Numbered from the whole stretch's first letter, positions 38,719 to 52,305 are shown. The stretch: 62,978 nt of DNA, filler included, from Octopus bimaculoides (GCF_001194135.2; 4 parts of 4 records of this genome joined end to end with filler, not necessarily neighbours in it), one strand, 5' to 3'. The notes: generated from the sequence alone by a model not told the origin. Numbers and translations are program-made.

Positions 38719-39377
38719 AGGCGGCGAGCTGGCAGAATCGATAACACAGCAGGCGAATTGACAAATAGCACTGAGACCTTATGTTCCAAGTTCAAATTCC
38801 GTCGGGCTCAGCTTCGTCTTCCATCGTTTTGGGGTAGTTAAAATAAGTACCAGTTAAACAACGGAGTCGTTGTAATTGACTCAACCCTAATCACGATCTT
38901 GCTGGGCTTGTACCAAGATTTGAAATCAATATTCTTTTCTACTCTAGGCATAAGGACCGATATTTTGGGGGGGAGGGGAGGGGAGGGGGAAGGGACAGTC
39001 GATTCGATCGACCGCCAGTACACAACTGGTACTTAATTTATCGACTCCGAAAGGATGAAAGGCAAAGTCAACCTCGGCGTATTTTGAAATCAGTATTACA
39101 ATCGGCACAATGATCAGCGGGGCAAATTGCTTAGCGGCGTTGTTTCGTCCGTTTTTACGTTCTGTATTCAAATTCTAGGCAGAGTCGAAAGCAAGCCGAG
39201 CGAAATGCTTAGCGATTTTTCATCCATTTTTACGTTCTGAGTTCAAATTCTGCCGATGTCGATTTCGCCTTTCGTCCTTTCCGGGTCGATAAATTAAGTA
39301 CCAGTTGAGCACTGGGGTCGATCTAATCGACTAGCACCCTCACCCACAAGATTTCTGGCCTTGTGCCTAGAGTAGAA
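38719..39377. mobile_element. Cluster of three SINE family B copies (+, -, +), including a head-to-head inverted pair
   Basis: Head AAGGCGGCGAGCTGGCAGAA. Outer ends TTCTACTCTAGGCATAAGG (38937) and CCTTGTGCCTAGAGTAGAA (39377) are complementary. Confidence 0.85.
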
Positions 39378-40274
39378 TAAAAACCATTTGAAACACAAAG
39401 AATCGAATGCTGCGTCTTAAAATGACCTCTTAGTAGGACACACAGTAGACTTTACTCACTTGGTCATAATTCTGATCAAATAACATTTATTCAAGCTGAA
39501 CTATACTACCAATATCCACCATTAACAACGACAGCAGCAACAACAATCACATGAACAATTCTTTTTTTTCTTTGTTTTTTTTTTCCTTTTTTGTTTATTA
39601 TTCTATGTGGCAAATGAACTTCAAGTAAAAATATCAAACAAAAGAGACAGAGAATATGATGTCCAGAATTTATCTCTTCTGCTAGTGTTTCTGTTATTGT
39701 CCAAACTTCGCTACTATGGAACAGATCTTTTTCAATGGAAACTTTGGAAACTAGCTGGTTATTATTATTATTTTTTTTTTAAAGAAAAATTCTATCACTG
39801 TCTAAAGAATTCCAAAGAAAATAAAATTTGCGTGTTGTAACCAATGCTAATTGGCGCCTTTGTCTAAAAGAGTTCTTTCTGTCTGTCGTGACAGCTTTGA
39901 CCTTCCTCTCTTTTATTCAGACAAAGTATATTTGGAACAAGTTATTTAATGTGGCTGTATTTACTGTTTCACAGATATTCGAGATTTGACGGAGTTTGGC
40001 TGCCATTTCTAGCTTATCTAGCTACCACATGAAAGCTCCTTATGTTCGTTTCATATCTAGTTCTTATTAAGAGAGAAAGTAGGATGTAATTTAAAGAAAT
40101 TCTAGCTGATATTTCTTGCAGGTAAAGCAGCCATACGTAAACTCCTTTGTTCTCTCGGTGTTCCCTTTTATATTTTCGCTTTAACCTGAAAGTAATGATA
40201 TTTGGCTGCTACTTTTAGCACCTAGAGCGGCCAGAAAATGACCTTTTGTTCGTTAGCGTCTTTGCAACATTCCA

Positions 40275-40470
40275 AATGAATGTAGAATATTCTATATCAA
40301 AGAGATGAGGAATTATGTACATTATTTGCATTATTTACATTTGACGGATATTTGTCCTCATCTTGTTTATTGTTAACACAACGTTTCGGCTGATATACCC
40401 TCCAACCTTCACGAGGTGTTCTGTGGAAATTTCGAACCTGGGTTCTCATTCCTAAGGTATTTTTCGATGT
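40275..40470 (-). mobile_element. Penelope-like element terminal (pLTR) remnant
   Basis: The minus strand reads ..CAGCCGAAACGTTGTGTTAACAATAAAC.., the CCGAAACG + AATAAA arrangement typical of PLE ends. It abuts an (ATT)n tract. Confidence 0.6.
40375..40420 (-). ncRNA. Degenerate minimal type I hammerhead ribozyme motif
   Basis: AACAC CTCGTGA A GGTTG-GAGGGTATAT-CAGCC GAAA CGTT GTGTT. Helix I is AACAC/GTGTT, helix II is GGTTG/CAGCC, and the palindrome AACGTT occupies the helix III position. The core reads CUCGUGA instead of CUGANGA. Confidence 0.55.
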
Positions 40471-40475
40471 TATTA

Positions 40476-40516
<41 letters not shown>

Positions 40517-40562
40517 GAGTGAGAGAGCAGTGCATGCCATCAAAGTGACACTNNNNNNNNNN

Positions 40563-41040
40563 ATTATTATTGAGTGAGAGAGCAGTGCATGCCATCAAAG
40601 TGACACTGGGGTAAAATATACGAAGCCCATTATACCCATCATGACTACCCGTCTGATAAGGGTACACCAGGCACATGCACCACAACTATATGTACGCGAC
40701 ATGGTGATCTCATAAACAGCGCATAACCTTGCAGGTGGGGCCCAGTTAGAATTTTCTTCAGGTCGAGTAGCCCATCCCGCTCAAAAGGTCCCTGAATAAG
40801 GTTTGTTTAAGGATGTTGAGCAAAACACCCATGTTTCCAAAGGCGAATTATTCAAACCCCAAAGAATTCCTCTCAATACATGGCTATGATGCTCCCCCAC
40901 TACTTCTGCTCGTGATCAGAGATGCACATATCGTCAGCCACTAAGGGACATGCTCAACTGGTTAAAGTCAAACAACTGACAAGCAAATCTGTGGTATTGA
41001 GCAGAATATTTGCTGTAGCCCATCTTTTAAACCAAGACAA
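40563..41040 (-). mobile_element. Unclassified retroposon with (ATA)n tail inserted in a TAT microsatellite
   Basis: Unique 480-bp body bounded by (TAT)n on both sides; no ORF. Confidence 0.5.
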
Positions 41041-41537
41041 ATCAATGTACTATTATTATTATTATTATTATTATTATAACTCCTTGCTATTTCTAACAAA
41101 TAAAACTAATCCGTAGAGGGCCTCTATCTCGTTCTAGAGCAGATTAATCAAATAATCGATATAATAGCTATATTGAGTTTTAGATACAACATCGCTGGTT
41201 ATTTTACCGACTGTACGACTGAAAAAAAAATTGCTTAATATCCTTCGCGGAAGTTGAACTGTGACAGTAACGATGACTAACGCAACGAAAAGCTGAAAAG
41301 TCATTCACTCCATCATTCTATCGTTTCTGCCAGTTGACTAAGCATTATTTGGTCATTTAAGTCTGAAATTAACTTGCTCGGTTTTGTTCCCAAATGACCG
41401 ACCTAGAATTGTTTTCGAAACACATGAATTTAACGAACCGAAATATTCAGCTAATGAGGCTAGCTGTTGTCCTCATTAGTAAAAGCTTTGTCTTGTAAAA
41501 TTGTAAACCATCTAACCATATTCTGTACATCTTGCAG

Positions 41538-41647
41538 ACAGCCTAGCCTCGTTTTCATTATCAACTGGGGACATTCAAACTTATCTTGCCTATAATGAGA
41601 GCTTTCGGCTTCCGGTTTTCGCTGTTCGTAACGTTCGAAATCAGAAA
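41538..41647 (+). CDS. Candidate coding exon (phase 1-0), product unknown
   Basis: ttctgtacatcttgcag| acceptor and |gtaagt donor. Only one frame is open: xSLASFSLSTGDIQTYLAYNESFRLPVFAVRNVRNQK. Confidence 0.4.
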
Positions 41648-42067
41648 GTAAGTTGTGTTATTTATTTGGCCAGAGCTACAAACTAAGTTTTTATCCACGA
41701 TTTTATCAGCTACTAATTTGCCCGGTTTGCTCAAACATTGCGTATCTAATGAGCAAGTCACATATAAACCTGTACACAGCATTTCCGTTGAAGCTCTGTG
41801 TAAATTTACAACTGTCACGTGTGAACTTAGCTAGATCTTCCACAGAGCATGTATGTGAGATGATACCCTCATAAAAATACATTTATCTTTCTAACTGTTT
41901 CAGTCATTGGACTGCGGCCATACTGTAGCACCATTCTGAATGGTTTAGTCGAAAAAATAAAATGCTCACAAAACTTATTCATTTCAGTTTTTTTTACCGA
42001 AACTCTATAATACACAAACGTTAACAAACCGGTACGGGTTTAGCATAATGGGAACAGATACAATGAC

Positions 42068-42210
42068 ACGCATGGCTCAGTGGTTAGAGCGTCGAGTTTA
42101 CTTACGATCGTGAGGTTGTGAGCTTGATTCCCGCACCGGGCTGTGTGTTGTGATCTTGAGCAAGACACTTTATTTCACGTTGATCCAGTTCACTCAGCTG
42201 TAGAAATGAG
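42068..42210 (+). mobile_element. SINE family C head fragment
   Basis: TGGCTCAGTGGTTAGAGCG A-box, GCTTGATTCCC B-box, followed by TTCACTCAGCTGTAGAAATG. Confidence 0.75.
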
Positions 42211-42479
42211 GGAATACACAGATATTGTTTTGAACTGAGTGGTGATGCTAGATTCCCTTGTTCGAAAATATAAGGACACAGATCATGTCGTGTAGCTAAC
42301 TGGAGACGATGTATCCCGGGGCTAAATTACAGCAAAATCAGTCTTAAACCAGGACTGCCATGTTATGTTCGCAAACAATCTTTACTACAATTTACGAACT
42401 TGTTGATATGATTGGTGTATCTTGGTGCTCCCGCCAAAGAATTTTTAGCGAGGAATTATGAATGGAAGGAGTTGCAGTA

Positions 42480-42760
42480 AAATTTGATCAAAAGCAGTCA
42501 CGACTGATGCCTATCTTGAACTCAAAGAACAGCTGGAAATTGATTATGACCTTTTTTTTTTTTTAAGGTCATCATTGGTGGCGTAAGCTGGTGCTACAGA
42601 ATTTGCAGATGTGGAAGAGGTAAAGAAAAAAAACCGACGGAAGGCATTAAAAAACATCACTTCGCAAGGGTCCCAACACTACTTCGAACAGTGGAAAACT
42701 CGCCTGGACCGATGCATTGCTTCAAATGGAGTATACTTTGAAGTCGATAAAAGTATAAAC
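42480..42760 (+). mobile_element. Mariner transposase 3' remnant
   Basis: FADVEEVKKK and YFEQWKTRLDRCIASNGVYFEVD. Confidence 0.7.
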
Positions 42761-43619
42761 ATGTAAAACTAAGTGAATGAAATAATATTGCAAAATTCCG
42801 CTTCGTACAATCCAACCAATGTGTCTTTGTCGACGTTCACTTTGCTGTTATTGCTTCCAAAAATATTTATCTGAGGCATAAGTGAAGAATAGCGTCGTAT
42901 TAGTTATAGCTTCCAATGGGTCAATCATCGCTTTACTACATTTTCTGTTCTCTTATTTTCTATTCTTTTTTTTTTCTAATTCTTTGGTGGTTTTTCAGAC
43001 ACTTTCTATCCTCTCGACTTCCATGCAGTTCCATGTTTATAATTGGTATGACGTATTAATTAGAATTGGAAAACTAAAATAAAATATTTTAATGTCATAT
43101 TCGAACAGTTTGCCAAACTTCGCTTTTCATCTCAAGAGACATAGCAACATATTCGCTGAATTAATATCACACTTATGGTATCGTCTGCTTCCAGTGAACT
43201 TGTCGCCATATTGTTTTTTCTTTTTATATTATTTCTATTGTTATTTTCTTTTTTCATGACACAAAATCGATGCTCAAATGTAAGGCAAGCCATAAAAGAA
43301 GTTATGTTATTACTCTTTCTATCTTTACGGAAACTTTCTATCTGGTATATCTTTATTCATCGAAAGAAGATAACGTTTCGCCACATAACACATCACACAT
43401 TTGACTTCACCATTCTTAGAAGATTTCTATATATTTAAATAAATTCTGCATGAAGATCGTGTTGAAAAAGATATTAATACCATAGAGTTAGTGTTAGGTG
43501 TTAAGAATAAGATGTGGCGCCTCAAATTGGCATTCTATAGAATTCTAAAGGTCCCTGGATTGTTCTCATTTTGAAGTTCGTGTATTTGTCGATGGTTGTG
43601 ACGTGACGCTAGGAATGTA

Positions 43620-43843
43620 TAATGTTGTAGGTGGTGAGGAAAGAAGGAAGAAAGGAAGGAAGAAAAGAAAAGAAAAAGGCGAAGGAAAGTGGAGGAAAGA
43701 GCGAGAAAGAAAGAAACAAAAAGGAGGAACGAACGAACGAACGAACGAAAGAAAGAACGAACGAAAGAGAAAGAAAGAAAGGAAGGAAGGAAGGAAGGAA
43801 GGAAGGAAGGAAGGAAGGAAAGAAAGAAACAAACAAACAAGGA

Positions 43844-43899
<56 letters not shown>

Positions 43900-43950
43900 A
43901 AAAAGAACGAGAAATAAAGAAAGAACAAGAAAGGAAGGAAGAAACAATTA
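43620..43950. repeat. (GAAA)n/(GGAA)n/(GAAC)n tetranucleotide field
   Basis: Direct inspection; a similar field lies at 36790-37270. Confidence 0.95.
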
Positions 43951-44114
43951 CCAAATTTCCTTCAAATTATTATCTAATGTTATTTTCCTATAAAAAAAGA
44001 AAGAACGCGTTGAATAATGGAATTCTAGAAACACTTTATCTAATTAACAAGGTAAAACGAGATGGTCACAGATGGAGTGCACTTCGATCCTTCAGTCAGA
44101 CTTGTGTAGGATAA

Positions 44115-44437
44115 CACTCACCAAATTTAGCGCCATCAGACTATCATCTTTTCGGTGCCAAGAATGAGGTTCTTGAGAGGCAAACATTATTCCAGTGACG
44201 AGGAAGTGAAAACTGTAGTGAAGAAGTGGCTCAAAGAAAAGTCAACAGAATTTTACGGGGCGGAGATACATGCTCTCATTCGAAGGTGGAACATTGCTAT
44301 TGAGAGAAACGATGACTATGTTGAGAAGTAGGGATGTGATCCACAGAGAACCAGCTTCATTTTGATGTATGATACATGTCCCTGTGTTGGTAATTGTACC
44401 TGTCCTAAACAAGATGGCACTTTTTGACTCACCCTCG
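44115..44437 (+). mobile_element. Mariner 3' end with TIR
   Basis: HSPNLAPSDYHLF..EEVKTVVKKWLKEKSTEFY..RWNIAIERNDDYVEK*. Ends TTTTGACTCACCCTCG|TA. Confidence 0.85.
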
Positions 44438-44540
44438 TACATACTAATTAACCTAAAACTAGGGTCCCGTCAGGTGCCACTGCTCCAGATCAGAGTGGCT
44501 AAGAGCTGGTCCCATGTTCCTCAGATTCTTGGAATTCCAG

Positions 44541-44654
44541 AACCTGGGAACAATTACTTGAGGAAACAGAGACCTTTAAATTAGCGATAGAAAATGTAGA
44601 GAGAAGAGGTAATATTCCAGATGGTGAACCAGAGATTGTCAATGTGCATTTTGA
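44541..44654 (+). CDS. Candidate coding exon (phase 2-2), possibly SEA-like
   Basis: cttggaattccag| acceptor and |gtaatt donor. Encodes TWEQLLEETETFKLAIENVERRGNIPDGEPEIVNVHF, a non-low-complexity peptide. Confidence 0.3.
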
Positions 44655-44997
44655 GTAATTTCATAAAAATTAATGTTTAGATTGATTAAGAGACTTCACT
44701 AACAACTGGCACGTTTTCTGGTGAAAAAAAAATGTCGACTCCGCATTCAAAGATATTTTTCTCTTTGCGCATGCATGAAAAGAAGATGGTTAAGTAGTCA
44801 CGGACTTTAATCATAGGGATGCTGAATCAGGCGACATCTGAAGCTAAACAACAACAACAACAACAAATTCAAAAATGATATCAACAGCATCAACAATGAT
44901 ATCAGCAACAACAACAACATCAACAACAATTTCAGCAACATCTTCAACAACAGTATCAACTTTCACAAAAATATCACCAGCAATACCAATAACAACT

Positions 44998-45366
44998 CCG
45001 TCGGTTGCGACGACGAGCGTTCCAGTTGATCCGATCAACGGAACAGCCTGTTCGTGAAATTAACGTGCAAGTGGCTGAGCACTCGACAGACACGTGTACC
45101 CTTAACGTAGTTCTCGGGGATATTCAGCGTGACACAGAGTGTGACGAGGCTGGCCCTTTGAATTACAGGCACAACAGAAACAGGAAGAAAGAGTGAGAGA
45201 AAGTTGTGGTGAAAGAGTACAGCAGGGTTCGCCACCATCCCCTGCCGGAGCCTCGTGGTGCTTTAGGTGTTTTTGCTCAATAAACACTCACAACGCCCGG
45301 TCTGGGAATCGAAACTGCGATCCTATGACCGCGAGTCTGCTGCCCTAACCATTGGGCTATTGCGCC
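44998..45366 (-). mobile_element. Full-length SINE family C inserted in a (CAA)n-derived tract
   Basis: tRNA-like head GGCGCAATAGCCCAATGGTTAGGGCAGCAGACTCGCGGTCATAGGATCGCAGTTTCGATTCCC, followed by a ~290-nt non-tRNA body. Confidence 0.85.
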
Positions 45367-46314
45367 TCCACACCAATAACAACATATACAGCAAAATCAA
45401 CAACAGTATCAACAACAACAACAACAACACGAACAACAAAACCACCCTCAACATCCACAATAATACCAACATCTTTTTTCAGCCATGTTTTCAGTGATCC
45501 AGTCGCTTATGTAATTCAATGACGACATAATGAACTTTTGCTGTAAATACAACAATACCCTACACAACCCGCGCACAACCCCCAACCATTACTATAGTAA
45601 CCTTCGACGTCCTCCTACAAATATGACGAATACTAGCACTTGGATATTTCTCCCTAATTAGCTAGGACTAATTTTCACATCTTTAATTTATCATTAGTAA
45701 TTAGAAGTGATTCCTAATTATATATGCTGATTTGCAAATCCATAATAACGCAACCCTAATTAGACATTGCTAATTTGAAATTCTTAAATTCGCAGTCCTA
45801 ATTATACACTCTTAACATCGCATCACCTAATAACAGAGAACTTAATTAAGCATAACTAATTAATTTCACTTTAATGTGGACTCGTTTTCGAACCTCGCAA
45901 AATGAAATCAAATTCGGAAAGCAAATGTCGTAAAATTCTCACACGTACATACACATATACATACAAACATGTACGCGTGTGCACAAACCCACCACACTCA
46001 TACACACACACACAGTCATACACGTGTACGGACATTCGTCCATGCCACACATATACACACGCGTACTCACATACACACATACACACAAACACACACACGT
46101 GCGCACATTCCCCCTCACACAATGCACACACATGCACACATACAGACACACACACATTTCACACGCTCATGCACACGTGCACGAACTCGCCATTACATCC
46201 GCAATACACCCACACGAGGGCACATTCCCCCTCATACACACAAAAATGCACACACACATAGATTACGCGAAGACACTTACACATACACACTACGTACATT
46301 AACACACACACATA

Positions 46315-46860
46315 TTGGGTCATCTCATGAATAATGTTTTTTTATACTTCATTTATTTTTCACAATTAAGATAAACAAAGTTCTTTTTTAATCTCCATTA
46401 TCTACAATTCTCTTCAATCTATTTTGTAGACTTGCGAGGCCCCTCTTCCAAAATTCACTTGTCCATGACGAAAACTACTCCTCCAATATTGTTCTAACCA
46501 CGTCTACAGAATTCATATTTTTTCCGTTCAAATGATTGTGAAGACTGCTGAATAATAATCAGATGGGGGCAATGTTCGGTGAATATGGTGGGTGGGGCAT
46601 TGTTTCCCATTCAAACTGTACCGGCCTTTGGAATATCATCCTCGCTGTATGTGGTCGAGCATTATCATGATGGAAGACCAACTTTCGCCTTGAAACCAAA
46701 AATGGTCGTTTTCCGATGGTACGCATGTGTCGATGAATGTTTGAATGACCAAATCCAAGCTTCTCTGCTAGTTCCTCAACAGTTACGAGGGGATTTTGTT
46801 CCAACAGGGTTTCCAGGCCGTTTTGACTTAACCCCCACCTCAAAATTGCTGCCCTTGTGA
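46315..46860 (-). mobile_element. Internally deleted mariner, 3' part (same family as 23940-24573)
   Basis: VFHHDNARPH and HPPYSPNIAP motifs; TIR TTGGGTCATCTCATGAATAATG at 46315. Confidence 0.85.
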
Positions 46861-47005
46861 CAAAATTTGAAACTATTATTATTACATTTCCTTACTCCTT
46901 TTACCATTATTATTATCATTATTAATATTTACTATTATTTTGTCATCATCATCATCATCATCATCATCATCAACATCATCATCATCATCATCATCATCAT
47001 CAGTG

Positions 47006-47063
<58 letters not shown>

Positions 47064-47071
47064 GGCGGTAA

Positions 47072-47980
47072 GTTTGCAGAATCGTTAGCACGTCAGGCGA
47101 AATGCTTAGCGGCACTTCGTCTGTGGCTAAGTTCTGAATTCAAATTTCGCCGAGGTTGTCTTTGCCTTTCATTTTTTCTTTCGGGGGTCGATAAATTAAG
47201 TCCTATTTGAACACTAGAGTCGATCTAATTGATTCATCCCCTGCCCAAAAATTGCTGCCTTGATGGCAAAATTTGAAACCATTATTATTATTATTATTAT
47301 GATTATGATTATTATTATTATTATTATTATTATCATCATCATTATTATTATTATTATTACATCTCCTTACTCCTTTTACCTCTCTCTCTCTCATCCCTCT
47401 TCCTTCCATCCTACCTTTTTAACATCTTCTCCCCCAACAACCACCAACACCATCTCTACTCATTACTTTGTAATCTTAAACAGATTTCTTTTCCAGAAGT
47501 TTCGCTATGTAATTATCGAGGAATATTTCAAAGAGAGTATCCACAGAAACAGACAACACCACACCACCACCACCACCAACAACAACAACAGTTAATTTCT
47601 TCAGCAACAAACTTCATTCGTATTTTCTGTCACGAGTACTTTTCGAATTTCCCTTGTGATTATTTTATTATTCTTTTATGTACTGCTGATTGATTTTCCA
47701 TATATATATATATATATATATANNNNNNNNNNTCAGTCATCTGATTGCAGCCATACTGGAGCACCGCCTTTAGTCAAACTAATCGACCCCAGGACTTATT
47801 CTTTGTAAGCCTAGTACTTATTCGATCGGTCACTTTTGCCGAACCGCTTAATTTATCGACTCCGAAAGGGTGAAGGCCAAAGTCGCCCTCGGTGGAACTT
47901 GAATTCAGAACGTCAAGACAGACGGAATACCGCTAAGCATTTCACCCAGTGTGCTAACGTTTCTGCCAGCTCGCCGCCTT
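47072..47980. mobile_element. SINE B (+, 47072-47280) and composite SINE A tail/SINE B (-, 47735-47980)
   Basis: Matches to the family heads and tails described above. Confidence 0.75.
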
Positions 47981-48485
47981 AATTTTGCTTCTACTGGGAG
48001 AGAAGCTGGTACTTTATCAACACCAGCTGTGTCAACTAGGTGAGTGGTTCTGATGTTGGACGAGCCGAAACCACCACCGAACTCGGAAACTTCGCTGATG
48101 AAGCATGATACATCCCGGAGCACCCATGAGATGTATCTTGATACTAATTTATCTAAATCGAAAAGTCTTGGATTAAACCAATCCGTTCTAAAACCCATTA
48201 GCATAAAAATCATTAACATAATGAAACACGATTATGAAAATATATAAATCAAGGCAAGGCTTAATAAAAACAAGAAGCAACAAAACTGATAAAACGTGAA
48301 ATATCGATGAATCCCTCGAGTTAATGATTAATCTCGTACTATCACTATTTTAAACTAATATGTTTGCTGCTATAGAAAATTCTATATCTGTACCTGGATG
48401 ATGTTGTTGCTGTTGTTGTTGTTGTTGTAGATGGTGGTGGTGTTGGTTGGTGAAAGTTGAAGTAGAGGAGGTGGAGTTGTTACTG

Positions 48486-48556
<71 letters not shown>

Positions 48557-49106
48557 CATTGTTGTTCATCGTTAAAAGGTGTTGTAAAAGCAATTAGGGT
48601 GAATTAAGAAAATGCGTTGCTTTTCACATATTTCTGTAATCAACAAATGTGCTTCATATTTGATTGGCGAGAAAATAGGATTCTTATGAAGAATTATATG
48701 GAAAACAATACGGGTAGCAATTTTAGGATATCACAAATGCATCGTCTCACACACATGCAGATATGCACAACTTATATGCTGGCCGAATAGATATATTTAT
48801 ATGCATTTTTGCAAGTATATGTGTATATATATATATATATATTTATATATACATATTCGTTTATATATATATATAAAGGGCATTACTACAGAATAGTGCC
48901 ACACACTAGACTTCCCAAATAAACACATTTTAGTACCGAATGCGAGGAAAACAACTTTTGAAAGAAACCAACATTTAAAAAAAAATAAACTCAACTATGT
49001 ATCGACCGATTTCACGATTACTAGAATGAAATCTAGTTTCCATTCGAGTTTATATATTTATATATTATATAAATATTTATACAGATATATACATGTGTGC
49101 GTGAGC

Positions 49107-49140
<34 letters not shown>

Positions 49141-49668
49141 NNNNNNNNNNNNNNNNNNNNNNNNNNNNNNNNNNNNNNNNNNNNNNNNNNNNNNNNNNNN
49201 NNNNNNNNNNNNNNNNNNNNNNNNNNNNNNNNNNNNNNNNNNNNNNNNNNNNNNNNNNNNNNNNNNNNNNNNNNNNNNNNNNNNNNNNNNNNNNNNNNNN
49301 NNNNNNNNNNNNNNNNNNNNNNNNNNNNNNNNNNNNNNNNNNNNNNNNNNNNNNNNNNNNNNNNNNNNNNNNNNNNNNNNNNNNNNNNNNNNNNNNNNNN
49401 NNNNNNNNNNNNNNNNNNNNNNNNNNNNNNNNNNNNNNNNNNNNNNNNNNNNNNNNNNNNNNNNNNNNNNNNNNNNNNNNNNNNNNNNNNNNNNNNNNNN
49501 NNNNNNNNNNNNNNNNNNNNNNNNNNNNNNNNNNNNNNNNNNNNNNNNNNNNNNNNNNNNNNNNNNNNNNNNNNNNNNNNNNNNNNNNNNNNNNNNNNNN
49601 NNNNNNNNNNNNNNNNNNNNNNNNNNNNNNNNNNNNNNNNNNNNNNNNNNNNNNNNNNNNNNNNNNNN

Positions 49669-49707
<39 letters not shown>

Positions 49708-49952
49708 TTATGTATGTGTGTATATTGTGTATATGTATATATATACATTATATATATCTGTGTGTGTGTGCATATGCATGTAATATATATGTATAAGCAT
49801 ACGTAAGCAGATATAGAGTAGATAGAGAGACATAGATAGAAAGATAGATTGATAGATAGATATACATACAAACATACACACACATACCAACATTTATCGA
49901 TACATACGTACATTCAGACAGACACACACACGCATGCACACACACACACACA

Positions 49953-49988
<36 letters not shown>

Positions 49989-50653
49989 TATTCATGCATA
50001 CATACATACATACGCAAAAATCTCTGTTGGTACTTTACAAGAATTTGGAAAATATGTGAGATTGCTTTTCTCTATGGTTGTGTTTTATATTTCTTCATAT
50101 TTCTGTCTCGATTTCTCTATTTGTTTTCTAATATTTTTTTTTTGTTTTGCATTTCGTTCCTTTAGATCTAAGCTTCANNNNNNNNNNNNNNNNNNNNNNN
50201 NNNNNNNNNNNNNNNNNNNNNTTAATTAATTAANNNNNNNNNNNNNNNNNNNNNNNNNNNNNNNNNNNNNNNNNNNNATATATATATATATATATATATA
50301 GATAGATATATATATATATATGCATGCTTCAATATGTGTGTGCACGTGTGCATATGTGTGTGTGTGAATGTGTGTCTGTGTGTGTGCAATTATGTGATTG
50401 TGGGTTCAATTCGCAGACCAGGCATTGTGTTGTGTTTTTGAGCAAAGTGATTCCAGATGCTCTGGAATCACTTTGGCATCTGACACGTAGCACCCTGTTG
50501 CACCTATACAGGTAATGTCAATCTGATGGAAGGAGTCAGCTTATGTATCCAGAAACGTTTGATGACTATAAACAAATCTTCTGTGTGGTTGCTTGGTAAG
50601 AAATTGTTGAACCTTCATACATCATCTAACAACAGGAGAGTCCATCATACATA

Positions 50654-50686
<33 letters not shown>

Positions 50687-50831
50687 CTATATATATATCT
50701 ATNNNNNNNNNNNNNNNNNNNNNNNNNNNNNNNNNNNNNNNNNNNNNNNNNNNNNNNNNNNNNNNNNNNNNNNNNNNNNNNNNNNNNNNNNNNNNNNNNN
50801 NNNNNNNNNNNNNNNNNNNNNNNNNNNNNNN

Positions 50832-50918
<87 letters not shown>

Positions 50919-52200
50919 ATATATATATGTTTATATGTATATATGTGGACTCTTAAGCTGGCTCCTGTGGAGGACTAATTGGACCTGCAGCCCAAAACTA
51001 AAGGGAGCTATAATAATAAAGCATTTATTGGTACCCTACCAAAATGGTATTACTTTAAATCCACTTTAAATGAAAAAGTTGAAAGTTCACAAATTTTTGG
51101 AGTTCTTTTAAAATAGCAAATCCACATCCACACCTGATCCCAATGCTGGATGTTCAAGAACGAAACGAAGGCCAGATTTTCAATCTCAGGATCGGTCTGA
51201 TTCTAAAAAGGTATAATATGACTATGTTGAGCAAATGTAGACTGAGATACAGATGTCCAGGACAGATGGACAGACAGAATTTCACATTTATTATTGTAGA
51301 TAAGTATAGTGTATGTGTGTTTGTGTTATCCCACCATCTCTTAATAACTGGTGTTGGTTTGTTTGCATCCCTGTAACATTAACAGTTTGGCAAAAGAAAC
51401 CAACATAATAAGTACCAGATTTTTTTTTTAAATTGGTACTGGGGTTGATTTGATGCCCTTGCATGGCTGCACTTTAATGACTGAAACAAGTAAAAAAGAA
51501 AATAAAGAATATATGCGCAAACACATACATACACGTGCAGTATGTCTCTTAACTCTCAATAAACTTTCTGAACCCTATACATTATATGCTTTGATAGAGA
51601 AGGTTCAAATCAGGAACAGAATGTTAACTGATTCTCCAAGGTGAGGTACTGAATCCTTCATGTTTCAGACTTTTGTAAACTATCAGGAATATATATATAT
51701 GTGACCTTTGAGAAAAAGTTGAAAAGTGCTGATAGTCTCTTGATGGATGCAGCTTATAAATAAAGTTGAATAAAATGACACCATCACATACAAGTATGAG
51801 GTATATGTATAAATATTTATGAAATATTATTAAACATCCTATTTTCTGAATAACATATGTATATATATGCATGTTTTCGAATAAAATTAGATTTTCTACT
51901 GATTAACTGTATATATATATATTTATAAATATTTGTTTCTATGAGTATATTATTTGAATATACTTTTATTTTTTATTTTAGAAGAGTAAATATGTACATT
52001 TGGTTACAAATATGAAAGATATATAATTTGCATATATATATGCATATACATATGTGTGTGTATAGTGTTGTGTGTGTACAAGGATGCACATATATGAATA
52101 CACATGCATACACACATTCATAAATACATGTATAATAAAAAAAATACATACATACATATATAAATGTGTGTGTGTTTGTGTGTGCATACATACAAACATG

Positions 52201-52242
<42 letters not shown>

Positions 52243-52246
52243 AATA

Positions 52247-52291
<45 letters not shown>

Positions 52292-52305
52292 GTGTGTGTG
52301 TATAA

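Noticed and set aside
40507-40612. Direct duplication across a 10-N gap
   Set aside because: Identical sequence on both sides of a minimal gap indicates unmerged contig overlap.
45294-45366. tRNA gene
   Set aside because: The tRNA-like head continues into a SINE body shared with other copies and has no Pol III terminator, so it is a SINE.
48035-48110. CTGATG..GAAA motifs resembling a hammerhead, or a short terminal exon
   Set aside because: The helices cannot be formed in any hammerhead topology, and the exon reading lacks a convincing acceptor and partner.
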